In this document: positions 35,501 through 46,444 of the stretch, one piece after another
Numbering within the stretch: position 1 is the first letter of the stretch
Layout: each line of letters starts with the position of its first letter
NCBI GenBank assembly: GCA_020137815.1
Contig: CM035360.1
Location: 4,216,001 to 4,280,000 of the forward strand
Length of the DNA stretch: 64,000 bases
Direction: 5' to 3'
Origin: Hormiphora californensis
Lineage: Eukaryota > Animalia > Ctenophora
Program-made: the position numbers and the translations under genes
The notes under the pieces: generated by a model
Database searches by the model: none
Seen by the model: the letters and a program-made list of their open reading frames with translations, nothing else
Told to the model about the DNA's origin: nothing

Positions 35501-37779
35501 ATAGAATCATTTTTAGAACTTTTTTCTGAATGTCACCCTAAAAACCACCCTGTCGACAGAGGCCCCACCCCATCCCACATTTTCTCCCTCTCCTTACCCA
35601 AGGTGCCCCTGTCCCTAGCACCACAAACCCTCTCCTTACCCAAGGTGCCCCTGTCCCTAGCACCCCAAACCCTCTCCTTACCCTAAGTGCCCCTGTCCCT
35701 AGTGCCCCAAACCCTCTCCTTACCCAAGGTGCCCCTGTCCCTAGTGCCCCAACCCTCTCCTTGCCTTTTCCGACCCTCCCTTTTATAGAATTAAAAAAAA
35801 AGGGTTTGAACAAAACAATCCTCTCCACCCCCCCCCCCATAGAGCCAACTCCACAGATTCTCACTCTACTTACCTAAGCTACCCCTGTCCCCAGTGCCCC
35901 CAACCCTCTACTTACCTAAGCTACCCTTGTTGAACTTCATGTGGTAGAGTTCCTCACTCTACTTACCTAAGCTACCCTTGTTGAACTTCATGTGGTAGAG
36001 GTACTCACTCTACTTACCTAAGCTACCCTTGTTGAACTTCATGTGGTAGAGGTACTCACTCTACTTACCTAAGCTACCCCTGTCCCCAGTGCCCCCAACC
36101 CTCTACTTACCTAAGCTACCCTTGTTGAACTTCATGTGGTAGAGCTCCTCACTCTACTTACCTAAGCTACCCTTGTTGAACTTCATGTGGTAGAGGTACT
36201 CCCTCTACTTACCCAAGCTACCCTTGTTGAACTTCATGTGGTAGAGGTACTCACTCTACTTACCTAAGCTACCCTTGTTGAACTTCATGTGGTAGAGGTA
36301 CTCACTCTACTTACCTAAGCTACCCTTGTTGAACTTCATGTGGTAGAGTTCCTCACTCTACTTACCTAAGCTACCCTTGTTGAACTTCATGTGGTAGAGG
36401 TACTCACTCTACTTACCTAAGCTACCCTTGTTGAACTTCATGTGGTAGAGCTCCTCACTCTACTTACCTAAGCTACCCTTGTTGAACTTCATGTGGTAGA
36501 GCTACTCACTCTACTTACCTAAGCTACCCTTGTTGAACTTCATGTGGTAGAGTTCCTCACTCTACTTACCCAAGCTACCCTTGTTGAACTTCATGTGGTA
36601 GAGTTCCTCACTCTACTTACCTAAGCTACCCTTGTTGAACTTCATGTGGTAGAGCTCCTCGTCAACCAGGAGGGAAGATCCGGGGATCATACCGAGAACG
36701 GGACGGACAATGAAGGAGAGGGCCCAGGTACCGATAATAAAGAAATAGGAGGCGATGACAAGATTTAGGTGTTCGGCAGATAGGTACTAGAGGGAGGGGT
36801 TGGAGTTATTTGGAGGGAGAATGAGATTATTGGAATTTGTTAAAGTCAACCTTGAAATGGTCTGAGGACTAATTTAAATTTAATTAGTACTAATTAAATA
36901 TGTACCTTGACAATAATGTAGATACCGAATAGCATTCCACTAGCCATGATCGGGAACATATACACATCTTTAGTAGACATTACCTCTATCTGGGTACCAC
37001 TCTCCTAAAAAGTGGGAATTAGGGGAAGAGGGGGCTGGGGAGAGGAGTGGGTGGTTAGGGGAGGGAGTGATTGGGGGAAGAGGGGGATGGGGAGGTGAGT
37101 GGGTGGTTAGGGGAAGATGGGGCTGGGAAGGTAAGGGGTCAGGGGAGTGATCATCAGACTCTGCTTCCAAATCATTTACCATTTCCTTACGTTAGTATCT
37201 CGATGATACACAAAGCTGGTATGTGATATGCATCCTACCTTTGTTATGCTCTAACTCTCCTTTACAGAGTCTAGCTAGGCAATCCTACCTTAGATTTCTT
37301 GTGGTACGTGATGCAATGCATCCTACCTTTGATTTCCTGTGGTACGTAATGCAATGCATCCTACCTTTGATTTCCTGTGGTACGTGATGGATCTGAAGGA
37401 CCCCCAGATGATGGGCACAATCGCCATCATGAAGAGGCTGAAGTAGGCCAGGGCCAATCCCTCAGTGCTCGCTACTGCCCGGCCCGTCAAGTTCTTAACC
37501 ACCTGAGAGGAAGTGGGAGCTGATTAGTAACAACTGAGGAAGTGGGAGCTGATTAGTAACAACTGAGGAAGTGGGAGGTTGATTAGTAGTGAAGTACGGG
37601 GTTTGTGTTACGAAATAATGAGCGATGTATGGCTGAAGAAAAATCTGAAAAACACCAAGTGTGTTGTTGAGTATCACTAATCTCTCATATACTTTGTAAA
37701 TTACAATTTGTACAAATATAATAATTACCTCTGGTAAAACCTCTTCAGGGGCTGTCACGGGTACTTCTACATCTGCCAT
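19536..37779 (-). CDS. HM13: Signal peptide peptidase (HM13/SPP); exons 37779-37729, 37502-37365, 37004-36906, 36786-36621, 21165-21080, 20709-20639, ~20455-20343, ~20211-20091, ~19939-19773, 19624-19536
   Basis: STEGLALAYFSL, HWLANNVFGLAFS, catalytic FYDIFWVFGT and LGLGD, QPALLYLVP, C-terminal KKTE ER-retrieval signal. Exon phases join across the 15.5-kb intron 21166-36620. Confidence 0.95.
21480..21740 (+). mobile_element. Penelope-like element fragment (GIY-YIG endonuclease C-terminus), degenerate
   Basis: Translates FKEHRLAAK...ALAAHYQSQH...LEFDILATG*...RRKVTEAILIKSLKPT..INKREE, typical of the PLE GIY-YIG end. Confidence 0.7.
21789..22408. mobile_element. Non-autonomous repeat with terminal hairpin (possibly Helentron/DINE-like)
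   Basis: Near-identical inverted copy at 32552-33773. One end has the hairpin TATTCGGG...CCCGAATA; internal AATTACATGTAATT repeats. Classification is a guess. Confidence 0.6.
22463..22506 (+). ncRNA. Degenerate minimal type I hammerhead ribozyme motif (Penelope-associated)
   Basis: CTGATGA (22470-22476), stem II GTCGA-tgt-TCGAC, GAAA, CCGTC; lies downstream of the PLE fragment. Stems I and III are imperfect. Confidence 0.5.
22872..24633 (+). CDS. Delta-like type I membrane protein, copy 1 (signal peptide, MNNL/C2-like domain, ~5 DSL-like repeats, TM, short tail); exons 22872-22910, 23005-24633; nested antisense in HM13 intron
   Basis: MRLLILLLLLLLQ|VQNLEARGTFEIQFLEYSN; WQT...LSLKFRISSCD; repeats CxxNYYPAGNCSxHCxP...TCxDQGxLVC...GxxC; TM ILGGMISGLTVVLLAGLVGIIVVTI followed by KYKRRR; tail HDYVEM. 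Confidence 0.85.
25248..25410. mobile_element. Fragment of the foldback family seen at 57103-58473
   Basis: GGCAGGTCGGTAGAACTTCGACAGAATTTA plus GGCAGGTCTGAATTTAG subrepeats. Confidence 0.65.
26404..27683 (+). pseudogene. Delta-like copy 2: lacks signal-peptide exon and intron, ~4 DSL-like repeats, altered C-terminus
   Basis: Upstream GATAGGACTGGGTACAC repeats join directly to ATACAGTTTCTGG (deletion with GATA microhomology). ORF otherwise open; a 2-nt deletion removes the normal stop. Confidence 0.7.
28275..28637. repeat. Duplicated copy of the HM13 donor-derived 51-bp tandem array
   Basis: Same unit as 35861-36660; part of a segmental duplication of ~35140-36070 at ~27700-28637. Confidence 0.9.
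28637..29312 (+). pseudogene. Delta-like copy 3, 5'-truncated (DSL-like repeats, TM and tail only)
   Basis: Begins abruptly (AAGCTAC|ATTGGGACCAAC) after the 51-bp array; C-terminal half nearly identical to copy 1. Confidence 0.75.
30066..30513. mobile_element. Palindromic foldback element with internal tandem subrepeats (CAAGAGCACACCACAATCAAGAGAGACCAAAAT)
   Basis: Inverted arms AAGGAACC...GGTTCCTT; inserted into GCTAATTAGAC of the host MITE. Confidence 0.8.
30934..32010 (-). mobile_element. 5'-truncated CRE-clade non-LTR retrotransposon (zinc knuckle + restriction-like endonuclease; ORF 31038-31970)
   Basis: SEKGASSWL..LPL, CVCG...DHSISCKIGG..RHNNVRD, ARLDI...FDVRV, HEREKK..Y, FTPLVMSTTGG; TSD GCCGGTATAACTT at 30921-30933 and 32011-32023; 3' C-run plus short A tail. 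Confidence 0.88.
32552..33773. mobile_element. Second, internally duplicated copy of the 21789-22408 element, flanked by (TA)n on both sides
   Basis: Sequence identity to 21789-22408 in opposite orientation; (TA)n at ~32497-32555 and ~33772-33797. Confidence 0.75.
33939..35126 (+). CDS. Delta-like type I membrane protein, copy 4 (~2 DSL-like repeats); exons 33939-33977, 34074-35126
   Basis: MRLLILLFLLLLQ signal exon, same intron position as copy 1, open ORF ending HDYVEMDDVTDKPI*. Confidence 0.8.
35861..36660 (-). repeat. 51-bp minisatellite (~15 units) made of the HM13 exon 3' end plus donor site
   Basis: Minus-strand unit GAGxxxCTCTACCACATGAAGTTCAACAAGGGTAGCTTAG|gtaagtagagt; the first unit is the true exon end. 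Confidence 0.92.
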
Positions 37780-38842
37780 GGTCTCTCTGCTGCAGCTAAT
37801 ATGAGGGGTTATGTTAATACGGTATGTATAGCTTACAAGGTTTTGCGGTTTGTTTCCGGGTTCGGTGTGGGCTGTGGGGGTTGATATGGGGGGTTGGTTC
37901 GGTATGGGGGTTGATAGAAACATATAGATATTGTGAAAATCGTGCAATCACTGCGCTGGCAAGCGCAAAGGTTGCCATTCCCCCTCCCCCAAACAGCAAA
38001 GCGCCGCCAGAAACGCAGTTATACGTTTTATGGGTGTTTTGACTGAAAACCCAGATTTCAGAAGGCTATAGCATGGCTCCCATTCATCCGTTTGACTTGA
38101 AATTTGGAATGTATACCCGGCTCGGGGTAATTAACTTAAGTTCAAAATTTCAAGTCTCTATCTCATCTGGAACTGAAGTTACAGACAGGTCCCATTTGCC
38201 CTAGATTCAGTGTAACACATATGCGCGCGCGTACGCGCATAGGAGAGACGCTTTTTATAAACCATATTCACGCCAAACGAAAAGAGATAGAAACTTCTCG
38301 TTTTCACAGCTGGTAGATCTACTGGATGTGTGTGCATTAGTCGATGTGGCGTCCCTTTTCATCGCCAGGAACGTCCTACAGAACGTCTTAAAATCGTCAT
38401 TTTTCAGACTCTGACCAGAATTCTTTGAGCTCAATTTACAGCCTGAAGACGGATTCTAATCGAAAAACGAAGACTATATCATGGAAAGAGAATTGTCTAA
38501 ACTTTCAGAAACTATATTGCGAATTTTCAAAACCAGACGTATAAGGGTCTTAAAACGCGTCTAAAGTATTATGACTGCTTAAAATTAGATATGACGATAA
38601 GGGGTTTTTCACCATAGCAGACTCAAATCTCATCTAATCAATCTCAAACTTGGTCAGTATCTTCATCTAAATAATCCCGATGATATGACGTCAAAATTTT
38701 GACGTCATGACGTCGTGACGTCATTTTATGACGTCAAAATGACGTTAAAAATGAAAAAAATCAACTTAGCGATTCCATCCTCTCCGTACTTGTTCTATGT
38801 GCTACATCTAAATGGATAAAAAAATCCCAAAAATGATGCAAA

Positions 38843-39046
38843 TTATACCAAAACTAATTGAAATTAGTAGGCCGGAAAGGTTGCCCTATGATTTGAGCTA
38901 CCTTTGCCACCGTAACATTCACAGGGTAAAAACAGGGTATAACAGATGCTTCGTCTATCTTCAAAAGGAAGTGTACTGGTGCCAAAGGTAGCTCAAATCA
39001 TAGGGCAACCTTTCCGGCCTACTAATTTCAATTAGTTTTGGTATAA
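38843..39046. mobile_element. Palindromic MITE-like element
   Basis: ~70-bp inverted arms ATTATACCAAAACTAATTGAAATTAGTAGGCCGGAAAGG... Confidence 0.75.
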
Positions 39047-39303
39047 TATATAAATACTTTTTATAAAGGTTATTTACAGCAATAAAAAGTCATACAAATA
39101 ACTAGAAATAAATAGCTGTCAGCACTTCTACCGACTATATCTGGTAGAAATGTGAAAACTGAAATGTGAAAACTGAAAAGGGGTCTAACAAATTAGAACA
39201 CGCCCCTCTCAAAACACATTCCTATTGTAATGTTCCCCTCAACTCTAGGAACCGGCTATAATATCAGATCGAATAGAAATATCGGAGTAGTAGTTCCTCT
39301 TCC

Positions 39304-42300
39304 TCAACACCCGACGGGTATCTGGCCAGAGCAATCAATGTTCAGAAGAACAGCCTTGAGGTTGGTCCTAACTAGTCCAGGACACTCTGTAACCAACCTC
39401 CTAAATAGCGGCACTGCCTGCTTCAATCTCCATCTCGCTCCCACCAACACCACTTAACCGCTGAAGGAGGATGGAGATACTGGCAAGAGAGGCCATGTCC
39501 TCGCTGTCGGAGAGGATCTCCTAGAAGGGTTGGCAGTTGGCCAATTAGAGTTGTGACGTCATCTGACAGTAGGACCAGGGTCGTTAGGACGGAGGGTTGG
39601 AGAAGGGGGTCTGTTAGACAGTCAAACAGGATCTGTGAAAGAGAAGGGGGGGTGTTAGACAGTCAAACAGGATCTGTGAAAGAGAAGGGGGTCTGTTAGA
39701 CAGTCAAACAGGATCTGTGAAAGAGAAGGGGGTCTGTTAGACAGTCAAACAGGATCTGGGAAAGAAAAGGGGGTCTGTTACACAGTCAAACAGGATCTGT
39801 GAAAGAGAAGGGGGTCTGTTAGACAGTCAAACAGGATCTGTGAAAGAGAAGGGGGTCTGTTAGATAGTCAAACAGGATCTGGGAAAGAGAAGGGGGTCTG
39901 TTAAACAGTCAAACAGGATCTGTGAAAGAGAAGGGGGTCTGTTAGATAGTCAAACAGGATCTGGGAAAGAGAAGGGGGTCTGTTAAACAGTCAAACAGGA
40001 TCTGTGAAAGAGAAGGGGGTGTGTTAGATAGTCAAACAGGATCTGTGAAAGAGAAGGCGGTCTGTTAGACAGTCAAACAGGATCTGTGAAAGAGAAGGGG
40101 GTCTGTTAGACAGTCAAACAGGATCTGTGAAAGAGAAGGGGGTCTGTTAGACAGTCAAACAGGATCTGGGAAAGAGAAGGGGGTCTGTTAGATAGTCAAA
40201 CAGGGGGGTGTGTTAGACAACAGCATCTGAAATAAGAGATACAGCTCTTTTCAATAAACAGTCTCCGGATAACAATTAACTCGTCCCATAATGTGACACG
40301 TCTGACTTCCCATATAAAACCTCCCAAGAAAATATTGCTCTTTATAATAAAGAGCCTTTATACCCTAACAAACTATATCTCTACCCATTATACCCTAACA
40401 TTTCTACCCATAATACCCTAAAAAACTATATCTCTACCCATAATATCCTAACATCTCTACCCATTATACCTGGTTAGCATTGTTGTCTGTTAAAATCTCC
40501 CTCGCCCCATCTCCCTGTATATCAGCACCCAGCTGCTTCAAAACACGCTGTTGAACTGGCAACTGAAGAGAGGAGAATAATTGTTTAAAGTAAACCTCTT
40601 TTAAAATACAAATTAAAGTATTCAACATATATGTTGAATACTTTAATACAGTCGGACCCCGATTTAGGGACCCCCGATTTAAGGACACCCCGATTTAGGG
40701 ACAGGATTTTTTTCCCCCAAAAATTTTTGAGTTTTTTTGGGAAATTTTTTGTGAAATTTTTCAAAAAGATTCCAGCCATGTCCGAATCGTGTTTCGAATC
40801 GGTGCATCTTATCGCATGTCCTTCTGCTAATTAGACGGTTTGGAACGAACCGATACGTGATCCCAATGGTGCCCATTGAATCACAAGTTCACCAAGGTCT
40901 AAGCGTCAAAATTTCGTTTCGATGGGGATCACGTTTCGATTCGTTCCGTCTAATTAGCAGCAGGACATGCGATAAGATGCACCGATTCGAAACACGATTC
41001 GGACGTGGCTGGTATACCTTTAAAAAATTTTATAACTTTTTTGCAAAATTTTACAGTACGATTGTCAATGCTTTGATCGGTGCTCCCCATAAATTTTGAG
41101 AGAAAAAGTTATTTTGAAATTTTGATACTTCCTCACCCGCTTAGGGTGCCCCGATTCGGTATGGTATCACGTATCTGTTCGTTTTGAACCCGCTAATTAG
41201 ACAGGATATCCAGTAAGTTGCACCGATTCGAAATACAAACCGGACGGGCTGGTATAACTTAGAAAATTTTTCACATTTTTTTGAAAAAGAATTATTTTTT
41301 AATCAGAAATGATCATGTCATCAATACATGAATATTACATATAACAGTTAGAGGTGTCTTTAGTCTTAATAATATAGCATTTTGGGCAATAAAATAGGTT
41401 TTTTTGGGTCAAATATGGCTCACCCCGATTTAGTGGACACCCCGATTTAGTGGACAAGACCCTTTCCCCCGAGGGTGTCCCTAAATCGGGGTCCGACTGT
41501 ATATGCATACCATTCACTATGTCAAATTAAGGAATCAATAATCAGAGGGCCAGGGGTTATCTATCACTGGTCGCACATAATTGGCAGTGAAATGAGCCTA
41601 CCTCAGAGGTGGATCGTAAAATCAGACAGCAACTAAGCACTCTACAGTGAAGGTGGGGGCTGGTTAGATATTGACCCTGCACAGACATCAGAATCTCAGT
41701 TAACCTCCTAAAGATAGCTTTAACTGTTGAAGTGTGCTCCGTCCCCATGGCGACCACACATTTCACCGTTAACCGGAGAGCGGGGTATTGTGTCAGCACG
41801 GTTTGGTTTGTTGCCTCCTTGAGGTAGACCGTTAGGGAGGCGAGGAGAGAGGTGAGGTGAGAGGGTAGGTTGTCCGAGAACAAGGCGGTAAAGTGTTCCG
41901 AATCAAGATGTGACATAGACCGTAGAAGAAGGGATGTTAGCTCGGGATTTGTTGAAGAAACTGCTGGTTTTGGTTTTTTAACTACTTTTAGTTTTTCTGG
42001 TTTATTTTCCTTGTTCTCTTTCTCGTCAGATTTTATTTCCCGTTTTACCTCCGACAACTTGATCAGATTTTTAACCCTCCCATTCGCGCTGTTCAACTGC
42101 TTCTCCAACCGGGCATTTAGCGAGTTCACGCCCTCACACTCGACCTTCAGCTCCCCGTGGCTTCGAGAGAGGTTCCTGAATGACTCCTTTAACCTCTTAT
42201 TCTCACTTTTCAAATCAGAGATAATGGTTTGGAGATCCACAACAACCTTCTGAGTCCCCGCCTTCCAACCGTCCCATCTCTTCATCAACTCTCTCCTTAA

Positions 42301-42568
42301 TCACCTCCAAATCTCTCTCCCTCATATCTAAATCTAACTGCCGTTTACTCGCCGCTTTCTCTCCCTCCGCAAGCTTTCTTTCCTTTTGTTTCAACACATC
42401 CAGAAGATCCTTGACCTCACTGCTCACACTGCTCATCTCCGCTATGAAGCTCTGCTGGATGAACTCATCAGGGGAGGGTCTACCCCAGAGCAGGCCAGAC
42501 GTTGCTATGACGTCAGAGTGGATGGTGGGGGAGGAGGGTGCGGTCGAGTGGTGGAGAGAGGAATACAT
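39304..42568 (-). CDS. CCDC138: CCDC138-like coiled-coil protein; exons ~42568-41602, ~40562-40470, 39632-39304; extra bases at 42268, 39521 and ~39445; start codon uncertain
   Basis: KSENKRLKESF..L...NL coiled coil, YLTSPHLHCRVLSCCLILRS, SISILLQRLS and TNLKAVLLNI match recalled CCDC138 motifs (ETKRLRSSF, LSIILQKLS, INLNSTLFNL). Confidence 0.7.
39601..40218 (-). repeat. 41-bp minisatellite (~15 units) made of the CCDC138 last-exon acceptor plus exon start
   Basis: Minus-strand unit cccccttctctttcacag|ATCCTGTTTGACTGTCTAACAGA; the last unit is the true acceptor. Confidence 0.92.
40649..41499. mobile_element. Tc1/pogo-type MITE, intact ~850-bp copy in CCDC138 intron
   Basis: TA|CAGTCGGACCCCGATTTAGGGAC...GTCCCTAAATCGGGGTCCGACTG|TA. 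Confidence 0.9.
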
Positions 42569-42720
42569 CCTGTAACACAACATATAATAATAGGGGGATA
42601 TAAATTGCAAAATAGAGGGGGAGCTGCAGACAAACTGGAGAGAAACAAGGGAGATTATTCATAGAAACTGTCAAATAAAAAGTTAAAATACAGTAAAAAT
42701 ATGAAAATAGGATAAATATA

Positions 42721-44111
42721 TTACTTATAATTAAACCACTCAAAATGTCCACACCGTGCATTCGGATCCCCGGACACCCCAATAGGAAGCTGGCAACCAT
42801 AAAACCTTTTACCCATGTTCTCGCCCTGTTTTGTCACAGTTTTCAGGACACACGGTTTCTTGTGACCCTTACACAGGGGCCTGGGAGGTAGACCTGTTAG
42901 AAGGGATTTGGCTGAAACTAGCTGTTTTCCTGGAACACTATTGGTAACAGTTGGGATTACAGTTCAATAACCGGCCAGGGGGTGATGCTGACTGGTGGTG
43001 GAATAGGTTTTATTGTGCAAGATGATGATTTGACAACTCGTTTTACACCCATCAGAGTCATCTGTCTCGGTTTTTTGTTCCTTTGTTTAGAATCACGAAA
43101 TTTCTCCTGTGATGGTCTCTTACTAGCCTGATTTTCCTCTTGTTTCATGTTTTCCCGATGGTGATCCTCCCCCTCCTCTTGTGAGGGTCTCTTGTTTGAC
43201 CTTCCAAGATGGGCCAGGAGGGAGGTTTGTTTGCCTCTCAACTCTGGGTAGTGGACACTGCCCTCACGAGGCACTGTCCCACAACCTATCACCTCAACAC
43301 CATCCAACTCGCACACAACCGGGCAGTGATCAGACCCATACACCTCCGTTAAATGTGAACTGGTTAGCAGATAGGGCTCAAGAGACGATGAAATTAGGAC
43401 GTAATCTATTCTGGTTCCGTAGTTGTTCGTCCGGGCATTTAGACCTGTGTTCCAGCAGGTATAGCTGTGTTTTATTAGCCCGTGGAGGTGTCGAAACGTG
43501 TCAAGGAGAGGAGTTGTGGTCAATATCTCGTTGAATAATACTCTATCAGGGCCAGAGGACCATTCCTCAAGGAATTCTCGCTTCTTTTTCTGTTCAGAAG
43601 CTTCTGCACTGTCCAAAATAACCGATTTCACGTTTAAATCACCGACAACAATAACATGACACCCCTTGTTCTGATACCTTCTCACCAGATCCTGAAGATG
43701 GTTTAGGAACTGCATCTTGTTCTCGAACTTGGTTTCATCCTCACCTTGATATCCACAGGGTGCGTACAAATTAAATAACACCATAGTCTTCCCATCTGTC
43801 ATATCGAAACGTGTAACAAGGGACCTGCCCTCCCGTTCGCTATCGAGGGTTTCTGAGCAATATCCAACTGAGCGGGGGCAAAAGGATTTCTTTACGTAGG
43901 TAGCAACTCCGGCATAACCGATTTTAGAGCGAGAAAAGTTGAAAAAAGTGTAATGAGTTGCCATTTTCCCGAGGGTAGTGTCAACTTGTGAGCGGCTGAG
44001 TTTTATCTCTTGGAAACAGCATATATCTGGATCTCCCAGGTCATTTTGTAAAATGTCAGGGAGGTTTTTGAGGGTTCGAAGACCATTTACATTCCATGTC
44101 ACAATCTTCAT
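42721..44111 (-). CDS. APEX2: AP endonuclease 2 (EEP domain, PIP-like motif, Zf-GRF); extra bases at 42977 and 42964 separate the GRF finger from the main ORF
   Basis: MKIVTWNVNGLR, CFQEIK, GYAGVA, GDLN, GTRIDY, GSDHCPV, QTSLLAHL; downstream frame PLCKGHKKPCVLKTVTKQGENMGKRFYGCQLP...RCGHFEW. Confidence 0.93.
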
Positions 44112-44146
44112 TTTGCCATGAAGCTGCTGCGAAAAAATGACATTGG

Positions 44147-44497
44147 TTAGGAGTGAAGGGCATCCTGTATCGCAACAAGTTTATCAAGCGATCCACCTCC
44201 CACTTTCCCATCCCATCCCCAAGTTGTAATCTTGTCAAAAGTGGATCGGACAGATATCTCTTGCTCCTCCGAATCAGTGGTCACTTCATTTTTCTTCATT
44301 ATCACTCCTACATATCCATCAGGGATAGCCATTTCCCCAGAAACCAGCTTTTTCCCCCGGAACGAAGACGTTCCATCCTTTGCTTTGCAAAACATTGTGC
44401 TCACATTGGCAGGTCCGGAATAATCGATCTTACAGGGTAGTTTGTGGATTTCTCCAGAGGATTTGGGTTCTCCCCATGTGACAGGAATAGGATCCAT
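44147..44497 (-). CDS. RNASEH2C: Ribonuclease H2 subunit C
   Basis: IHKLPCKIDYSGPANVS..F, SFRGKKL, P.GYVGVI, FDKITTWGWD, AIQDALH: Pfam RNase_H2_suC pattern. Confidence 0.9.
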   Translation of the reverse strand: MDPIPVTWGEPKSSGEIHKLPCKIDYSGPANVSTMFCKAKDGTSSFRGKKLVSGEMAIPDGYVGVIMKKNEVTTDSEEQEISVRSTFDKITTWGWDGKVGGGSLDKLVAIQDALHS

Positions 44498-46146
44498 AAC
44501 TAAAAAAACTGGTGTTAACTGTAACAATTTTTGTTCAAAACTCAAATGTTTAAAGTCCGTTTCAAGCGACTTGACCCGTAATTCTTGGAATTTGGCACAT
44601 TGCGTGTGTATTTACAAAGGGGAAATCCTGAATTTCCAGGAATCTCAGGTCAAGTCGTTTGAAACGCACTTTAATCGTTACAGGACATTATGGAAGTTGC
44701 ATTTTGTTATTTGTTCTATGACTGTAGGTGTCGGGGTAATTATGCTGCATGGATAGCTATGTTGATATTAAATATCTTAAGGGGAGTCAGAAAAGACGGA
44801 AAATGAAGGAAAACAAAGAAGGGCGCCGTTACGATCTGGGTGTTTGGAGGCCTGTTTACAGGTGCGCGCTGCCAAAAAAGTTGATTCACTAAAATAGCTC
44901 TAACCGCCAAACCACTCAACCGTTTTGGCTGATTCAAAATTTATCTGGTAGGGAATGTCAAGGCCTAACCCCAACCCAAACCCTAACCCTACTTTAGCCC
45001 TAACCCTAAAAAACCGTTTGTCAGCACTCCCAAAACACCCAGATTTTTGGCATACGTTGCAGGCCCCTTATAATATAATATAAGGGGCCTGGAGGGAATA
45101 CCGCGCTAGGGGGGAATACATAATCAATCATATCTCCGGTTCCAGATAAGGTACAGAAATCGTTTTGGTAGCGTTGGAAAGAGGAAGATAACAGCTTTCA
45201 AATGCAACCGGTTTCAGGTCTCTATCTTATCAGGAACAGGAGATATGAACCAAACTCCGCAAAATCGAGTGCGGTAAAATCAAAATTTGAATGAAATTTT
45301 AAAAAATGTGTCCCTGCAAGAATCTGTGACGTCACTTTTTGAAAACAACCCATCTTTCAACGGCTATTGCTCAGCCTCCTTAAGTCCAATTAACTTCTCT
45401 CAAAAACAGCAAGGTAGATAATCGTCAGATCTAACAACTGGTGAAAGAATCAAGTCAAACGGCCTTCAGGAGCCAAAGTTATAAGCACCGCCGTTTTTTC
45501 GACCGCAAAGTTATCTTCGACCCAGCCGGGATCAGGCCAAACGCGCGCGCGGCATTCCCTCCAGTCCCCTCGTTGCGGGGGTGCGCGCATGAGGGGGCTG
45601 CAGCGCATTCCAACCCAGATTTTAACGCTGGCCAACAAAGAAAGAAGCGAAAATTAAAAAAAGACGGCGCGAATATAAAAAATCAAAAAAGCGCGCGGCG
45701 TGCCACGCTGTAAATCAAACGCCGCCGCGCCGCGCGCGCAGTGTTTCAAAACTTTGAAAAAATAAAAAACGGCCGAGAAAAAATTTAAATTCCCCAAAAT
45801 TTCGCTCTCGAAACATTTGAAAAGCGCTGCCTTATCCCGCGCTGCGCGTGGCGCAGAACAGGGATAAGGAGGGAACACCGCGCATGTACAGGATCCTGTC
45901 CCAAGTCATTTTGACCATGTTCCGGAGGCCCTACGATCACCAAATTTTGGGAATTGGTAGCATTTGACATGAATTTGATGACTCTCTTTTCAATTTTGGA
46001 AATCGATCACTTTTGCACGCGCAAATGTAGAGCCGCGCACACTATTTAATATTGCTAACGCGCATGTGTTAAAGTGAGCCGCGCACCAATTTCAAATGAT
46101 TCTGGAAAAAATATCATTCGATTTCCACTGGTTCGACCCAAATCCA

Positions 46147-46444
46147 ATAGGGATCCCTAAAAAAGTTCAGTATTTACCCAGAGTTTACACAGTCTTTACT
46201 CAGTCGTTACACCCAGAGCGCCCGCGCCGCTCTGGGTGTAACGACTGCGTCTTTCGCACTCGATTTGCAGCGTTTTCGGAAACTTTTTTCGCCGCAGCGC
46301 TCAATTTTGTCAATTGTGCAGCACACAATCCAATATTTTCTTGGAAAAAGCCACTGTGCGCAGCACGCGCCGCTCTGGGTGTAACGACTGAGTAAAGACT
46401 GTGTAAACTCTGTGTAAATACTGAACTTTTTTAGGGATCCCTAT
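46147..46444. mobile_element. Palindromic MITE
   Basis: ~70-bp inverted arms TAGGGATCCCTAAAAAAGTTCAGTATTTAC... Confidence 0.8.

Noticed and set aside
35861-36660. Regular repeat arrays (also 39601-40218, 51020-51520) as CRISPR
   Set aside because: Head-to-tail units without unique spacers, eukaryotic context, no cas genes.
19536-37779. Functional link between host HM13 (presenilin-type GxGD protease) and nested Notch-ligand-like genes
   Set aside because: SPP cleaves type II-oriented substrates while these are type I proteins; nesting alone is not evidence.
4841-42977. Programmed ribosomal frameshifting or pseudogenisation of conserved genes
   Set aside because: No common slippery or stop motif; the extra bases fit heterozygous synonymous SNP or homopolymer consensus errors, and the proteins are otherwise conserved.
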